Below are positions 15,120 through 32,398 of a stretch of DNA of 64,000 nucleotides, one piece after another. How positions within the stretch are numbered: the stretch's first letter is position 1; every line of letters starts with the position of its first letter. Source of the DNA: Neocallimastix sp. 'constans'. Its lineage: Eukaryota. The notes beneath the pieces were generated by a model, which was given only the letters and a program-made list of their open reading frames with translations, was not told where the DNA came from and searched no databases. The position numbers were made by a program, and so were the translations under genes. The DNA lies in assembly GCA_050613775.1 (NCBI GenBank), contig JBODTK010000105.1:434001-498000 (forward strand), written 5' to 3'.

Positions 15120-15411
15120 CCTAGTAATGGTTAAATATCATAGTGATGTGTTTAATTACATTATACATTATACTACATTGTTAAGTGTAAAATATTTCTA
15201 TATTTCTATTCGATATAATAGTGCAGTGTAACATTTAAATGTTACCAATAATGTTAGACCACTATAGAAAATAATTATAAATAACATATGTAATGTACAT
15301 ATTCTTAAATGTAGTAGGTCTCTCTTAAAATGTAAAAAGCAATAACAATAAATAAATAAACATATAATAAAATATAAACATCATTTCTGATTTTAAGTGT
15401 TATATATAACA

Positions 15412-15815
15412 AATTAAGAGTCTCAATTGTCAATGACTCAATAATTCATTGACAATTGTTAATATCAAAATCCAAGATATTAAATATTAAACATTCATTA
15501 AATATCAAAATAAAGAAACATGAGCAGTCACATTAAAATGACTAAATCAGAAAATTCAATAACTACGGGGGAGTTCTTTCAAAAAAAAAAAACTTCATTG
15601 AAGGCAACAAAGACAACGAATACATCAATGAATGATAACTCCTGTTAAAGTGAAACCTCCATATATTCAAACAAATAACAATTAATTAATTATATTTCAT
15701 ATTCAAAAACTTTAAAATTACAAATGAAAACTTTCGCAAATGGTATACAGACTTATTCCTTGATTCTAAAGAATTGGATGATTATAGATCAAAGAATATT
15801 AAAGATATAAACAAA

Positions 15816-15851
<36 letters not shown>

Positions 15852-16303
15852 ATTTAAAAATATGACAGTACAGTCAGAATTATAATATTGAACAGACTCG
15901 ACGAATATACAAAAAAAGTTTTATTAAACAATTGCCCAAGTGCCTACTTTAATGATAAATGAATTAAAAGAAAGATTTTTCAGAAGCAGGCCCTTTCAGA
16001 TTATTTGAAATTGAAATGAAGATAAAGAAGTTTGAAATCAAAAGCGAATGATTTTAAGCGGTATTTAGATAATCTTAACTCATTTATTTTATTTATATCA
16101 TTTTATTTTTATAGAATACAATAACGAGGTAAAATTACAAAATAAACCAGGAACTAAAGTGAAGAAACAAAAGTTTTCCTATTTTTTTTTTAGAAGAATT
16201 AAATAGAGTCGGTATGGCATGTTCGTTCACATTTCTATAAGTTGAAAAGACATTTAAAGATTTTTAAATAGAAGACATAACAATTCTAAGTACCATAATT
16301 AAG

Positions 16304-16345
<42 letters not shown>

Positions 16346-17014
16346 TAAAAGAGTAGAAATCAAGTAAGTATATCAATATGAAGATCAAATTAACAGAGTT
16401 CGAAATGGGAAACTCCCATATAATTTCAATAAAAGAAACAAATTTCAACGAAATACTGCCAAATTGCCATAAAAATAGGCACACTCTTGATAATTGTTTT
16501 TTTTTTTTTTTTTTTTTTCTTTCAACCCATTAAATTCACTAAATAAATAACTATAGGGGAGAAAAGAAAACTTAATAATAATAATAATATAATAAGTCTA
16601 GAAAAAAAAATTTAAAATAAAAAAAAACATCTTTAAGAAGGAAAAAAAAAAAAAAGAAAAGAATTATTAAATTTAATATTTATTAAAATGAAATAATAAA
16701 ATTTTCGATAAACAAGTAAAAACAAAAAAATGATAAAATTGATAAAATTGATAACAAAAAAAAAATATATTGAAAAAGTAAAAAAAAAAAAACTATTGAA
16801 AAAAAGAAAAAAAAATTATTGAAAAAAAGAAAAAAAAACTATTGAAAAAAAAGAAAAAAAAAAACTATTGAAAAAAAGAAAAAAAAACTATTGAAAAAGA
16901 AAGAAAAACTATTGAAAAAAAGAAAAAAAAATTATTGAAAAAAAGAAAAAAAAACTATTGAAAAAGAAAAAGAAAAAAAAAAAAATAGGAAAAATTATCA
17001 ATCGAAAGGAGGAA

Positions 17015-17053
<39 letters not shown>

Positions 17054-17108
17054 GATAGAATATCTATATCAAATAAACCAATTTTTTTTTTTTTTTTTTT
17101 TTTTCAAT

Positions 17109-17144
<36 letters not shown>

Positions 17145-17444
17145 TTTTGAGAGGAAAAACAGATTCAGATGAAAAACGAAAGAAGCAAAGAGAAATAGAG
17201 TTAATGTTAAATAATTATTATTAATATATTAATACGTTAATTCCAAAAGAATTATTGAAGAAGCTATGAATTCAAAAAAAAAAAAAAAAAAGTTGGACAA
17301 ATGGAAAGAATGCAATTAAACCAAGCAATTTTTTTTTTTACAAAAAAAATTTATACGGAAATAAATGTTATGAAAATTGTGGAAAACGAAAAAAAAAAAA
17401 AAAAAAATTCCAAAAAGGCATTAAACCACTCGATGTTAAATTGG

Positions 17445-17491
<47 letters not shown>

Positions 17492-17803
17492 ATTAAAGAA
17501 AATGGAATATATAAAGCAAAAGATTTTAGTCATCAAAGGGGTTTTTCGATAAATTAAATTAAAGAAACATATTATTTATTGCTTTTCCTAAAGATATTAT
17601 GAGAGTTATAATATCATTTAAATTTTAAAATGGTACAATGCAAATTTACATTTTAGGCACTACAATTGAGAGAAATAGTTTTCATTATTCTAATAACCTA
17701 GTACCCTTTTATAAAATTTATTATTCTTTTGTAAAATTTTTTGTTCAAAAAAAAAAAATTTAATATTACAAATACAAAGAAATCAAATAACCAATATACA
17801 AGT

Positions 17804-17863
<60 letters not shown>

Positions 17864-17952
17864 CAACCGTAGATTATATATATTTTTATAAATTTAAAAA
17901 AAAAAAAAAAAAAATTCGATAAAACAACAATAACTACAATATAATTTCCAAA

Positions 17953-18010
<58 letters not shown>

Positions 18011-18190
18011 TTTTTTGATAGAATTATAAAAAGGGTAATAGGGATCCCTTATCTACCTATCAAAATGTATCAGACAAGATAATCAGAGTTTTTAAATAGG
18101 ATATCGAAGACTCTCTCAACACCCTACACTTATAATATTAATGAAAAAAAAAAAGGGGCTGGAAATTGGTGGCTTATAGTGACTCTGACA
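15412..18190 (+). mobile_element. Highly degraded Ty1/Copia remnant
   Basis: ...TAACA at 15411 followed by PBS-like AATTAAGAGTCTCAA; gag-like NFRKWYTDL (~15729); RT relics across frameshifts: EEAMNSK (~17257), IPK..IKPLDVK (~17406), FTIKENGIYKA (~17486), IIRVFK (~18079), LVAYSDSD (~18165). Confidence 0.7.
16780..16985. repeat. Tandem repeat, unit ~A(n)CTATTGA(n)G (~22-26 bp), about 8 copies
   Basis: Repeated (C/T)TATTGAAAAAAAGAAAAAAAA with variable A-run lengths. Confidence 0.8.
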
Positions 18191-18745
18191 ATATTAAATA
18201 TTTATAGAGAAGTGGATAAAAAAAAAAAATTCATAATATTCATAATCATTTAAAAAATATTTTATTTATATTTTATTATTTTTATTTATTCATTAAAATT
18301 ATTTATAAATAATTAAAATTTATCTTTATATAATTTTCATTTGATTAGTTATACTTTTCGCTTATTAACTATTTATAAATAATTATAAATATAATAATGA
18401 AATAAATAACATATATAAATAGCAATCCTCATTGATTAATATAGTATAATAAATTTAAATATAGATCTTTTTCTCATTTCTTAATAGATTAAATTAAGAA
18501 ATATAAATAAAAAAAGTTCTATACATTTTATTATATTGGTAAAAATGATATAAATTATCCATTTATATATATTATTCAATTAAAAAAAAAAAATTTTTTT
18601 TATTTAGAAATTAACTATCTTATTAGTATACGTTATTTCCATTTTCTTCTATTTTCTTTTTTTTTTTTTTTTTTATGTTTTTATGTTTTTGTCATCTATT
18701 TAAATTTTTATTTTCTATTTATGTTTTTTTTTTTTTTTGTTTTAT

Positions 18746-20506
18746 CTATTCCCAAAGACTTGGGTTGTGGTAGTGTTCATCTAAAGCCTCACTGAACCAA
18801 CGACCATTCAAAGAATTTTGAATAACTAAAGTTTTGTCCTTCTCAGAGACAGTGGTATCCTTATCCATTCTTTCCATAATTTCATCGTAGGTGGTGGTAA
18901 CATCTCTGCATTCGGCAATGGCTTCACCATCAGCAGCATCTAATATCATAGAGACGGGACGACTTGGATTCCACTTCTTCCAACTTGGAAGTCCTGGACC
19001 ACTTGGATTTCCATTCTTAAGGAATCTCTTTATTTGAGAGTTAAATACTTCACCCATAGCTTGGTAAGCTTCATTACTGAAGTCGTACATTTCACCGTAG
19101 GTGTGATTCTTAGTAAGCATTGGAATAAATACACCATGGAAGGAACCAACACCAGGAATTTCATATTGACTGTTTACGGAACCAAAGTCAATTTGACCAA
19201 CGAAAATTTGTGATTGGTATTTATCATACATTTGTTCAGCACTACGTTGAGCGTTGAAGATTCTGTACATGTCAGAACCGTTGATAACAGCAAAGGTTCT
19301 AGCGGCTTCAAGAGCAGCATCGCTCTCAAAAAGACCTGGTACATACCAAATATAAGCACCGAAATTAAAGAAACTGAATTCAGTAGAACTAGTATACATA
19401 ATAATTGGAACATTATTCCATTGTGTGGTTTCAAATCCTTCCTTTGGAATGACGACGCCATCATTGAATAAGTGTGGGAAGACACTCATACGAATACCGG
19501 CATTTCCCATAAGATTACATAATCTATCCGAACTGACACTGTAGATCCAATCCTTCACGTCTTCTCCATCTGTCATTAACCAGGCCTTAGCCTTTTCTTC
19601 ATTTTCAGCAACTTTATCAGCTACAGCTAATGGAGCAAGAACTGCAGCGGTCCTCTTAATACTGTCTTCCATATTAGCAATGGTCATACCACCAGAGAAT
19701 ACAATGGCTTTACGGAATTTGTTAGCGAAAAGTGGACTAATTAACATTGCCATAACATCTCTACCACCGGCAGAAAAACCAGTAATAGTAATGTTATTTG
19801 GATCTCCACCGAAAGCTTCAGCATTCTCCTTAATCCAATCTAAAGCCTTAGCCATATCCAATAAGGCATAATTACCAGAGGAACCAGCTTCAGTGTGAAG
19901 GGCAGGTAAAGCATTGAAACCAAAGATACCTAAACGATAATTAAGACTAATGTAGATACAGTCATCCTTCACAACAATTTCATCTCCTACAACTTCTCTG
20001 GAGTGACCGGTTTGGTTATTACCACCATGAATGTAAACCATTACTGGTAATTTTCTAGCACCGGGAACCGTGTAGACATCTAAATTTAAGCAATCTTCTG
20101 TTCCTACCACCTTATCATCACTTATTTGAAGGGCAATTTCACCAGGAACAGTACAGTTAAGAGCAGTAGTCCATGGTTCTGGATCTTGTGGAGCTTTCCA
20201 ACGAAGTTCTCCAACTGGAGCAGCACCATATGGAATATTGTACCAAATTAAAACATCATCACCATTTTCATTAGTTTGTCTTGTACCTAAAACGGGTCCA
20301 TAGGTTGTATCACGAAGAAGAATATCTGAAGATACTAATTTATTAGAATTCCATTTCTCTAAGTGTTTATTCTTGTTTCTGTTATTATTATTCTTTCCAT
20401 TACCATTACCATTACCGTTACCATTATCATTACCAATGGCTTTAGCATTGTTAATATCTAATGATAAAAATGCGATTAACGCATATAAAAATATAAAGTA
20501 CCTCAT
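18746..20506 (-). CDS. Secreted type-B carboxylesterase (alpha/beta hydrolase), 586 aa, intronless
   Basis: Hydrophobic signal peptide MRYFIFLYALIAFLSL, GN/N-rich linker, IPYGAAPVGELRWKAP, EDCLNLDVY, LPVMVYIHGG, NYRLG, FGGDPNNITITGFSAGG nucleophile elbow, candidate catalytic His in SFHG. Confidence 0.95.
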   Translation of the reverse strand: MRYFIFLYALIAFLSLDINNAKAIGNDNGNGNGNGNGKNNNNRNKNKHLEKWNSNKLVSSDILLRDTTYGPVLGTRQTNENGDDVLIWYNIPYGAAPVGELRWKAPQDPEPWTTALNCTVPGEIALQISDDKVVGTEDCLNLDVYTVPGARKLPVMVYIHGGNNQTGHSREVVGDEIVVKDDCIYISLNYRLGIFGFNALPALHTEAGSSGNYALLDMAKALDWIKENAEAFGGDPNNITITGFSAGGRDVMAMLISPLFANKFRKAIVFSGGMTIANMEDSIKRTAAVLAPLAVADKVAENEEKAKAWLMTDGEDVKDWIYSVSSDRLCNLMGNAGIRMSVFPHLFNDGVVIPKEGFETTQWNNVPIIMYTSSTEFSFFNFGAYIWYVPGLFESDAALEAARTFAVINGSDMYRIFNAQRSAEQMYDKYQSQIFVGQIDFGSVNSQYEIPGVGSFHGVFIPMLTKNHTYGEMYDFSNEAYQAMGEVFNSQIKRFLKNGNPSGPGLPSWKKWNPSRPVSMILDAADGEAIAECRDVTTTYDEIMERMDKDTTVSEKDKTLVIQNSLNGRWFSEALDEHYHNPSLWE

Positions 20507-20681
20507 TTTTTTTCTTTTTTTAATAAAAAAAAAACTCTATTTTTTGTTTTTTTTTTGTTAATAATTAAAAACTTAATTATTGATTATATAGGTATATATA
20601 ATTAATATAATTTTTTTTTATAAACAAATTAAAAAAAAAAAAAAAAAAGGAAATAATCTTTGATTTTTATATTTTTATTAA

Positions 20682-20727
<46 letters not shown>

Positions 20728-21431
20728 TTAATTTTATATATTAAATTTATCTTTAATTTTATTAAATTATATTTAAAATTATTATTTTTAGTATTTATTC
20801 CCCTTTTTTTTATACTTTTTGATATTTTTGAATTATTTAAATTATTTGGAAAATTAAATTAAAAAAAAAGAATTTTTATTATTGAACGTTTAATAATATT
20901 AAAAAAAAAATTGACCAATTTATTTGTTTTTTTTTTTTTTTAATATGATTAAAAATTATTTAAATTTATCAGGAAAAATTAAATTTAAAAAAAAAAAAAA
21001 AAAAAATAAAAGAAAAAAAAAAAAATATTATATATATTAATATTAGTAATTAATAGAATTAATAATGATAATAATTTATTGATTTAAAATATTAACATTA
21101 GTAATTAATAAAATTAATATTGATTTTAATTTTAACAATAATTGATCATTATTAATTCTATTAATTATTAATGTAAATTAATAATCAAACTCAAAACTAC
21201 CAAAAACAATGGTACTTAAAATCTTATTTTGTAATATAATATATTGCTATTATTTAAAGAATTCACTTTTATTAAAAAAAAAATTATTTTTTTTTATGGT
21301 TTTTTATGAATAAGATTTAATAAAATTAAATTTATATATATATCAAAGATTATTTTTATTTTATTATTATTAATTTTTAATTTAATCGCAAAAAAAAAAA
21401 TAATAATTTAATACAAAAAAAATGATATCAA

Positions 21432-22239
21432 AATAATTATATTGTTAATATCTTCATTAACAATTAAATTTCATAGATCATTATTAATTAATGAAATGAT
21501 ATTTAAGAATATGTTTAAAATTTGGAAATATTTAGGTTTATCATAATTAAAATATATTTATTTGCTTATTTATAAACAATAATTATATTGTTAATATCTT
21601 CATTAACAATTAAATTTCATAGATCATTATTAATTAATGAAATGATATTTAAGAATATGTCTAAAATTTGGAAATATTTAGGTTTATCATAATTAAAATA
21701 TATTTATTTGCTTATTTATAAACAATAATTATATTGTTAATATCTTTATTAACAATTAAATTTCATAGATCATTATTAATTAATGAAATGATATTTAAGA
21801 ATATGTCTAAAATTTGGAAATATTTAGGTTTATCATAATTAAAATATATTTATTTGCTTATTTATAAACAATAATTATATTGTTAATATCTTTATTAACA
21901 ATTAAATTTCATAGATCATTATTAATTAATGACATAATATTTAAGAATATGTCTAAAATAATATCTTCATTAACAATTAAATTTCATAGATCATTATTAA
22001 TTAATGAAATGATATTTAAGAATATGTCTAAAATTTGGAAATATTTAGGTTTATCATAATTAAAATATATTTATTTGCTTATTTATAAACAATAATTATA
22101 TTGTTAATATCTTTATTAACAATTAAATTTTATAGATCATTATTAATTAATGACATAATATTTAAGAATATGTCTAAAATTTGGAAATATTTAGGTTTAT
22201 CATAATTAAAATATATTAATTTGCTTATTTATAAACAAT
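21432..22239. repeat. 146-bp unit minisatellite, ~5.5 copies
   Basis: Units start at 21432, 21578, 21724, 21870 (truncated), ~21959 (5'-truncated) and 22091; near identical. Confidence 0.95.
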
Positions 22240-22477
22240 TTTTATTATAATATTAATTATATTCTATTATTTGTTATAATATAAATATAAATAATACTAA
22301 ATAATAAATATATAATATAATTATATTGTTTTTTATAAAAAGAATTAAATAACAGAATTAATATTAAAATTATTTGGTTATTATTTCATTAAAACTTATT
22401 GTTGTTTACCATAAAAAATTTAGTCATCTTAAATAATCATTAATTGTTAATAATAATAATAATAATAAATAATAATA

Positions 22478-22513
<36 letters not shown>

Positions 22514-24289
22514 TAATAATAATTAATAAATAATAAATAATAAATAATAATAATAATAATAATAATAAATAATAATAAATAATAATAATAATAATAATAA
22601 TAAAAGTTTATTATAATTAGTCCATAAAAATTTTAGCCGTCTTAATTGTTAACAACAATAATAACAATAAAAGTTTACTGTAATTAGTAACCTTTAATTA
22701 CAAGCGGATAATATTTAAATGATTTTTTAGATTTTTAATCAAAGGAAAATTTAATAATAGAATGATTTTTTTAAATTTATTTATATATATATATTTAATT
22801 ATTTATTTAATTATTTATAAAAAATATATATACAAATATTATTAATTTAATTTAACAATTTAGTAATAATATTGATACTATAAATAGTTTATTTTATTTT
22901 TTTTTTTATTCAATTGTTAAATTTTATTAATAATATTTATTTTTAATTGCTGTTAAATTATATTAATAATATTTATATTTATATTTAATTGATACAATCT
23001 TTTTTTTTTTTTTTTTTTTTAATCTATTTTAATAGTATTATTAGTCTCTACTGCTAACATTATAATTATACATTTTTCTTTTCATTCGTTCAATCTATTA
23101 TTAAAAAATCTTTTTTTTTTTAAAAAAATTTATCCGACTTTAAACAATTAAACCATTAAAATTCTTAAATTCTACTATTTATAAATTTAAAAAAAAAAAA
23201 ATATATTTTAGATATTCATTTAACCTTAAAATATTTATCGTTAATAACATTTTTTTTTAACGATAAATATTTATTTTTTTTTTTAAATTTATAAATAATT
23301 ACATTTTACTATTAAATTTTTATTATTATCATTATTATCCAATAATTTGTTATATTGTATTATTTAAATTGAAATATTCATTTCCTCAACAATTAAAAAA
23401 TGAAAATATCATAATATGTATGTATATAATTTTATTACAATTAAAAATAAAAATATCATAATATGTATGTATATAATTTTATTATAATTAATTTTCAATC
23501 TTTAAAATGTTTAAAAATACTCATAAAACATATCCCTTAAAGGAAAATTAATTGATAAAATGATAATTATTAAACTAATTAATAAAAATTAATTTTTACT
23601 TGATAAAAATTTTTTTCTATTAAAATTTAAATTTTTACATTCATTTTTCATTATTATTTTTATTTTTTTTTTATCAGAAAATTTCTTTTTCCTCACCCAA
23701 TTTCTTGTCGAGCAATGTAGATAAGGATAAATTAATTAACATCCTTTAAAAAAAAAAATAAAATTATTAAAATATATAAAATATTATCATTAATAAAAGT
23801 AATTATGAAATGATCATTCTTTATATCACTTTTTTTAATGATATCTTTTATAATATTTATAAATTTATTATAATATTCTATAATAAAACATATTATTTTA
23901 TATTTATTTTATTATTTCTTCTTTTATTTCAGATAGGAGCGAAAGAAAAGTTAATCAACACTATTCTTCTGTTGAACTATGAAATCATCCTTTAATAAAA
24001 AAAAAAATAATAAAAATAATTATATTTATTTTTTTTAAATTTCATCATTATAAACAATTCACGTTTAAACACTTCTAAACATCAATTACTTATATTGATG
24101 ACTCTTACTATATTTTTTTTTTTTTGTTAATGATATTAAATTATCTCATTTTTTTTTTCATTTTATACTTTAAAAGAAATTTTATATTAAAATATGATTG
24201 GATACAAAATACATTTATTAATATATGATTGAATAAATTCTATATTAGTATCAATTTAAATATTTTATTATTTATTTTATTTTTAATTA

Positions 24290-24500
24290 AATAATTAAAT
24301 AATTGAATAATAAATAATTAAATAATTGAATAATAAATAATTAAATAATAAATAATAAATAATAAATAATAAATAATAAATAATAAATAATAAATAAATA
24401 AATAATAAATAATAAATAATAAATAATAAATAATAAATAATAAATAATAAATAATAAATAATAAATAATAAATAATAAATAATAAATAATAAAATAATAA
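24290..24500. repeat. (AAATAAT)n heptamer satellite with variant units
   Basis: Read directly; the complementary (TTATTTA)n with the same variants lies at 35700-35747 and 41786-42000. Confidence 0.9.
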
Positions 24501-24599
24501 AATATTAAATATAATTATAAAAATATTTATATATGTAGAATCAATAAGAAAATTTTCGAAATTTATTAAATTAATTACTTATTACTTATCATTTATCTT

Positions 24600-27930
<3,331 letters not shown>

Positions 27931-28149
27931 AAAGTAATCAAATTTCCATTACGAACTCTAAATATTAACGTATAAAAATAAATAATATGCATTTAATATA
28001 GCTGATAGGTTTATATTTTTAAATATTTATAAAATTATAGGATAGTATTTGGAATAGTCATAAATATATTTCGAATTTTATAAACATTAATATATGTTAA
28101 TAAATCATTGATTTTTAAATAGATATTCTTTTTTCTCTCTTTTTTCTCT

Positions 28150-28180
<31 letters not shown>

Positions 28181-29109
28181 GGTTATGAGTTTGAGGAGTA
28201 AAATCAAAAATAAATCGATATCGTTTATTTAAAATTAAATCATAATTTATTATTATTTTATATTTTACCATTTTTAAAAGGTATGAAAATATAATAAAAC
28301 TTTCAACATTTTGTATTTTTATATTTAAACATGTTTTAAAAAGATATAACAATAATAATAATAATAACAATAATAATAATAATTAGTAATAATAAAATAA
28401 TAAAATTAAAAAAGAATAAAATAATAAAATAATAAAATAATAATAAAATAATAAAATAATGATAAAATAATAAAATTAAAAAAGAATAAAAATTAAAAAA
28501 GAATAAAAAATAATAAAATAATAAAATAATAATATAATAATAAAATAATAATAATAATAATAATAAAATAATAATAATAATAAATAATAATAATAATAAT
28601 AAAATATAAAATAAAAAAATTAATTAATGTTTAATTAAAATTTTAATTTTAAACTTTTTTATTTTTAATTTATTAAAACCACATGTTATAAAAAAAATAA
28701 AAAAAAAAAGTTTAAATTTTAAATTTTAAATAAGGAAGAATGAAATAATAAAATTAAAATAAAATTAAAATAAAACAAAAAATAAATTTTTAATTAAGGT
28801 ACAGTAAAAGAATAAACGTGTTTTAGAAAAAAAAAAAATTTATTTTTATTTTTTTTTTTTTTTTTATTTTTCATTTTTTATGTTTCTGTTTTTTTTATGT
28901 TTTTGATTATGATTTTAATTTTGATTTTGATTTGACAATAAATAAATAATATAAAAGCATAATAATAATTATAATACTAAAAAAAAAAAATAAAAAATAA
29001 AATAAAATAAATAATATTTATAATGTTTATTTTCTTTTTAATACTATAAGGATTTTTTATTTTTGAATATTAAAAAATAAATATTATTAGTGTTAAATAA
29101 ATTATTAAA

Positions 29110-29558
29110 ATGAATCATTCATCATATACAAAAGGTATTCCAAAAAATAAAAATAAAAATAAAATAAAATAAATTTTACAACCACAATATAATAATAATA
29201 ATTTATTATAATTAATTATTTATATATAAATATTTTGATTTTCTATTTGAAATTATTATTAATAAATAATTTTAAAATTTTAAAAGACTAAATTGAAATT
29301 TAAATATATAATAATAAAAATAATAATATATTATTATTATTATTTTTATTATTATTATTATAAATGATAGAACAATTTGTTGAATATATAAAAAGTTTAG
29401 TAGAGGAGGATAGTCATGAAGTTTTTGAAGAAAAATTTTATGAAAAGGAATTAGATATTTGGAATGAACTGGATAGTACGGAAGAAATTGATTTAGAAAT
29501 TGAAACTACTGGATACATATGGTAATTTTTCTTTTTCTTTTTTTTTGAATTTAAAATT

Positions 29559-29645
<87 letters not shown>

Positions 29646-29867
29646 TGATAAATAATAATTTTTTAAAAAATTATTAATATTTATTTTTAAATATATTTTT
29701 ATAAATTTTTTTTTTTTCCTTTATTTGTATTTTGTTTTATTTTATTTTATTTTTTTATTTATTTTTTTTTTTTTGAAAAATTGTATTATTATATATTATA
29801 TATATATATATATTCAATATTATCTGTACTAAATGTTATATATTCATAATTTTTAAAATATTATTTG

Positions 29868-29915
<48 letters not shown>

Positions 29916-31277
29916 AAAGGAATGTTGATATTGAACAGCGTGGAGAAATGATATGTGCTGGTTTTTATAATCATAGTTCCGAATTATATAATATTAAATA
30001 TGTGGTATTTTTCAGGCATTGTGCGGATTACTCGCGGGTAGTTGCAAGACGTAATTAATAAATTATCAATTATAACATATCATTTAATTAAATAATTTAT
30101 GATAATTCCTTATTATTATTTAACGAATTATATTTTTAATTTATTAAATAATAATAAGGAATTATCATATATTATTCTTTTTTTTTTTTATTTTTTTTTT
30201 TCGTTTGTTTGTTTGTTTGTTTGTTTTTGAAAAGAAAGAGAATATAAAAAAATATTTTAATAATTATTATTTTATTTCAATTTTTTTATTTAATATATTT
30301 TTTATTAAACTTAATTTATTAATTTATTTAATTATTTTCATACATATTTATTTATATATTTATTATTATTATTATTATTATAATAATTTTATTTTTTTGA
30401 AATGTTATAAATATATATATATATATCTTTTATAAAAAAAAACTTAAAATAGCCTATGATTTAAAACGTGTTGGTAAAAGTCAAGAAGGTTATTATTTAG
30501 AAAGATATTTCAATAGAAATGAAGATGAAAGAAAATTAGTGGAAAATGGTAAAATTGTTTTTGGCGTTTATTTTCGTATCTTTAATACTGAACAAGAAGG
30601 TAGGGGTCGTTTTATATATATATTATATTTTTATATCTACTATTGTTTTGCTTTATGAAAATCTATTAATAAATATATATTGGAATGTTAAATAATTAAT
30701 AAATTTTTATGATATATATATATATTTTAAAAATAATAACTAATATAGAACAATATTTAAATTCTTTAAAGAACTTAATCAATGACAACAACCAAAAAAT
30801 TATAACGGATGAATACTATGAATATAAAATGGAAAATTGGGATAAAATCAAACATGATAAAATAGTAAAATATATCTATCCTAATTTCAATAAATTGTAA
30901 TATTATTAAAAAATAATCTTTTAAATTATTAATTCATTTTATTTATTTATATTGCTTATTTTTATTTATATATATATTATAACTATACTAAATTTTAATA
31001 TAATTGTTCTCACCTTTTATATATATAAAATATATGTGTTATGCTATGCTTTATTTTATTTTTGTATTATTTTAATAGAAAATTAAAATTCAATAATCAT
31101 AATGGTAATATTTATTTCAGTTTAGAAGACTGTAGTCTTTTTGAGAATCGTTCATCTTACGATGCCAATATTATATTAACTCTTCATAATATCAATGATA
31201 TAACCTGTTGTTATGCTAAATGTAAAATTGAGAAAAAAAATTTTATTTTTTTTATTTTTTTGTTGATTATTTATTTA

Positions 31278-31314
<37 letters not shown>

Positions 31315-31370
31315 TAATATTATAATAATAATTCAATCATTTATTAAGTAATCTTTCCATTCAAATTAAT

Positions 31371-31405
<35 letters not shown>

Positions 31406-31811
31406 TTTTAATTTTTATCATAATATCATTTAAAATTTTTAATTTTAATGATAAATAAATATTTAAAAAATATTATTTTTTTATTTTTTTATTTTATTTA
31501 TTTTTTTTTTTATAGCGATAACTACCACTGTAACACATTTTGATGAAGATAATTACATTATTAAATTTCCCAATTTTATAAAGGAAGTGGACCTCTACAC
31601 CAAAAATAAATCTAATAAATCTATTATTGAAAATAATAAATGTATAATTGGTCTCTATACTCGTTATTACGAATCTGGTAATTAAAACAAAATAATAAAT
31701 CAAAAAAAAAAAAATATATATATATTTATAAATATATACAAATTAAAATATACATTAATATATAAAAGATATATAAAAGATATATATATAACATATTTTA
31801 ATAAAATAAAA

Positions 31812-31861
<50 letters not shown>

Positions 31862-31896
31862 TATTTTATTTTTTTTATTTTTATTTTTTTCTATTT

Positions 31897-31941
<45 letters not shown>

Positions 31942-32398
31942 TTTTATTTTAAAATTATATTTTTTTTTATATTTAATTTTTTTTTTTTTTTTCTTTTTTT
32001 TTTTTTTTTAAATTATATATTAATAATTAAATTAATAATAATATAATAATATAATAATTAAAATAATATCAATATCATAATATCATGTTATAAATTTAAT
32101 TAAAAAAGATAAAAATAAAATTAGGAAGGTGAGAGAGCCTCTTGACCTTTCTTTATCCTCTTCCACCTCCTCCTCCTCCGAAGATATAGATATCGTCATT
32201 CCTAATGACGATGAAATGGAACCTCTCCTCCAACCCAAAGAAAATAAAACAACAACACCTGAAAAATCAAATCCTCCCATTCGTTATGCGGTATTAGCCT
32301 TGATCGTTATCTTGTATTACTGTTACTATTTCTACTACACCTATATCTTTTGTAAAGTGATGAAAGAAATTAACGATATGGATCATGATAATAAATAG
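29110..32398 (+). CDS. 8-exon gene, ~398 aa: two tandem MATH/TRAF-like domains, Ser/Pro linker, C-terminal TM anchor
   Basis: Exons 29110-29134, 29371-29521, 29920-30050, 30453-30599, 30749-30896, 31079-31221, 31516-31677, 32109-32398; all GT..AG, total 1197 nt, no internal stop. Repeats end LVENGKIVFGVYFRIF / IIENNKCIIGLYTRYY (MATH last-strand-like); tail YAVLALIVILYYCYYFYYTYIFC. Confidence 0.8.

Noticed and set aside
21432..22239. CRISPR-like array
   Set aside because: No unique spacers; plain tandem repeat in a eukaryote with no cas genes.
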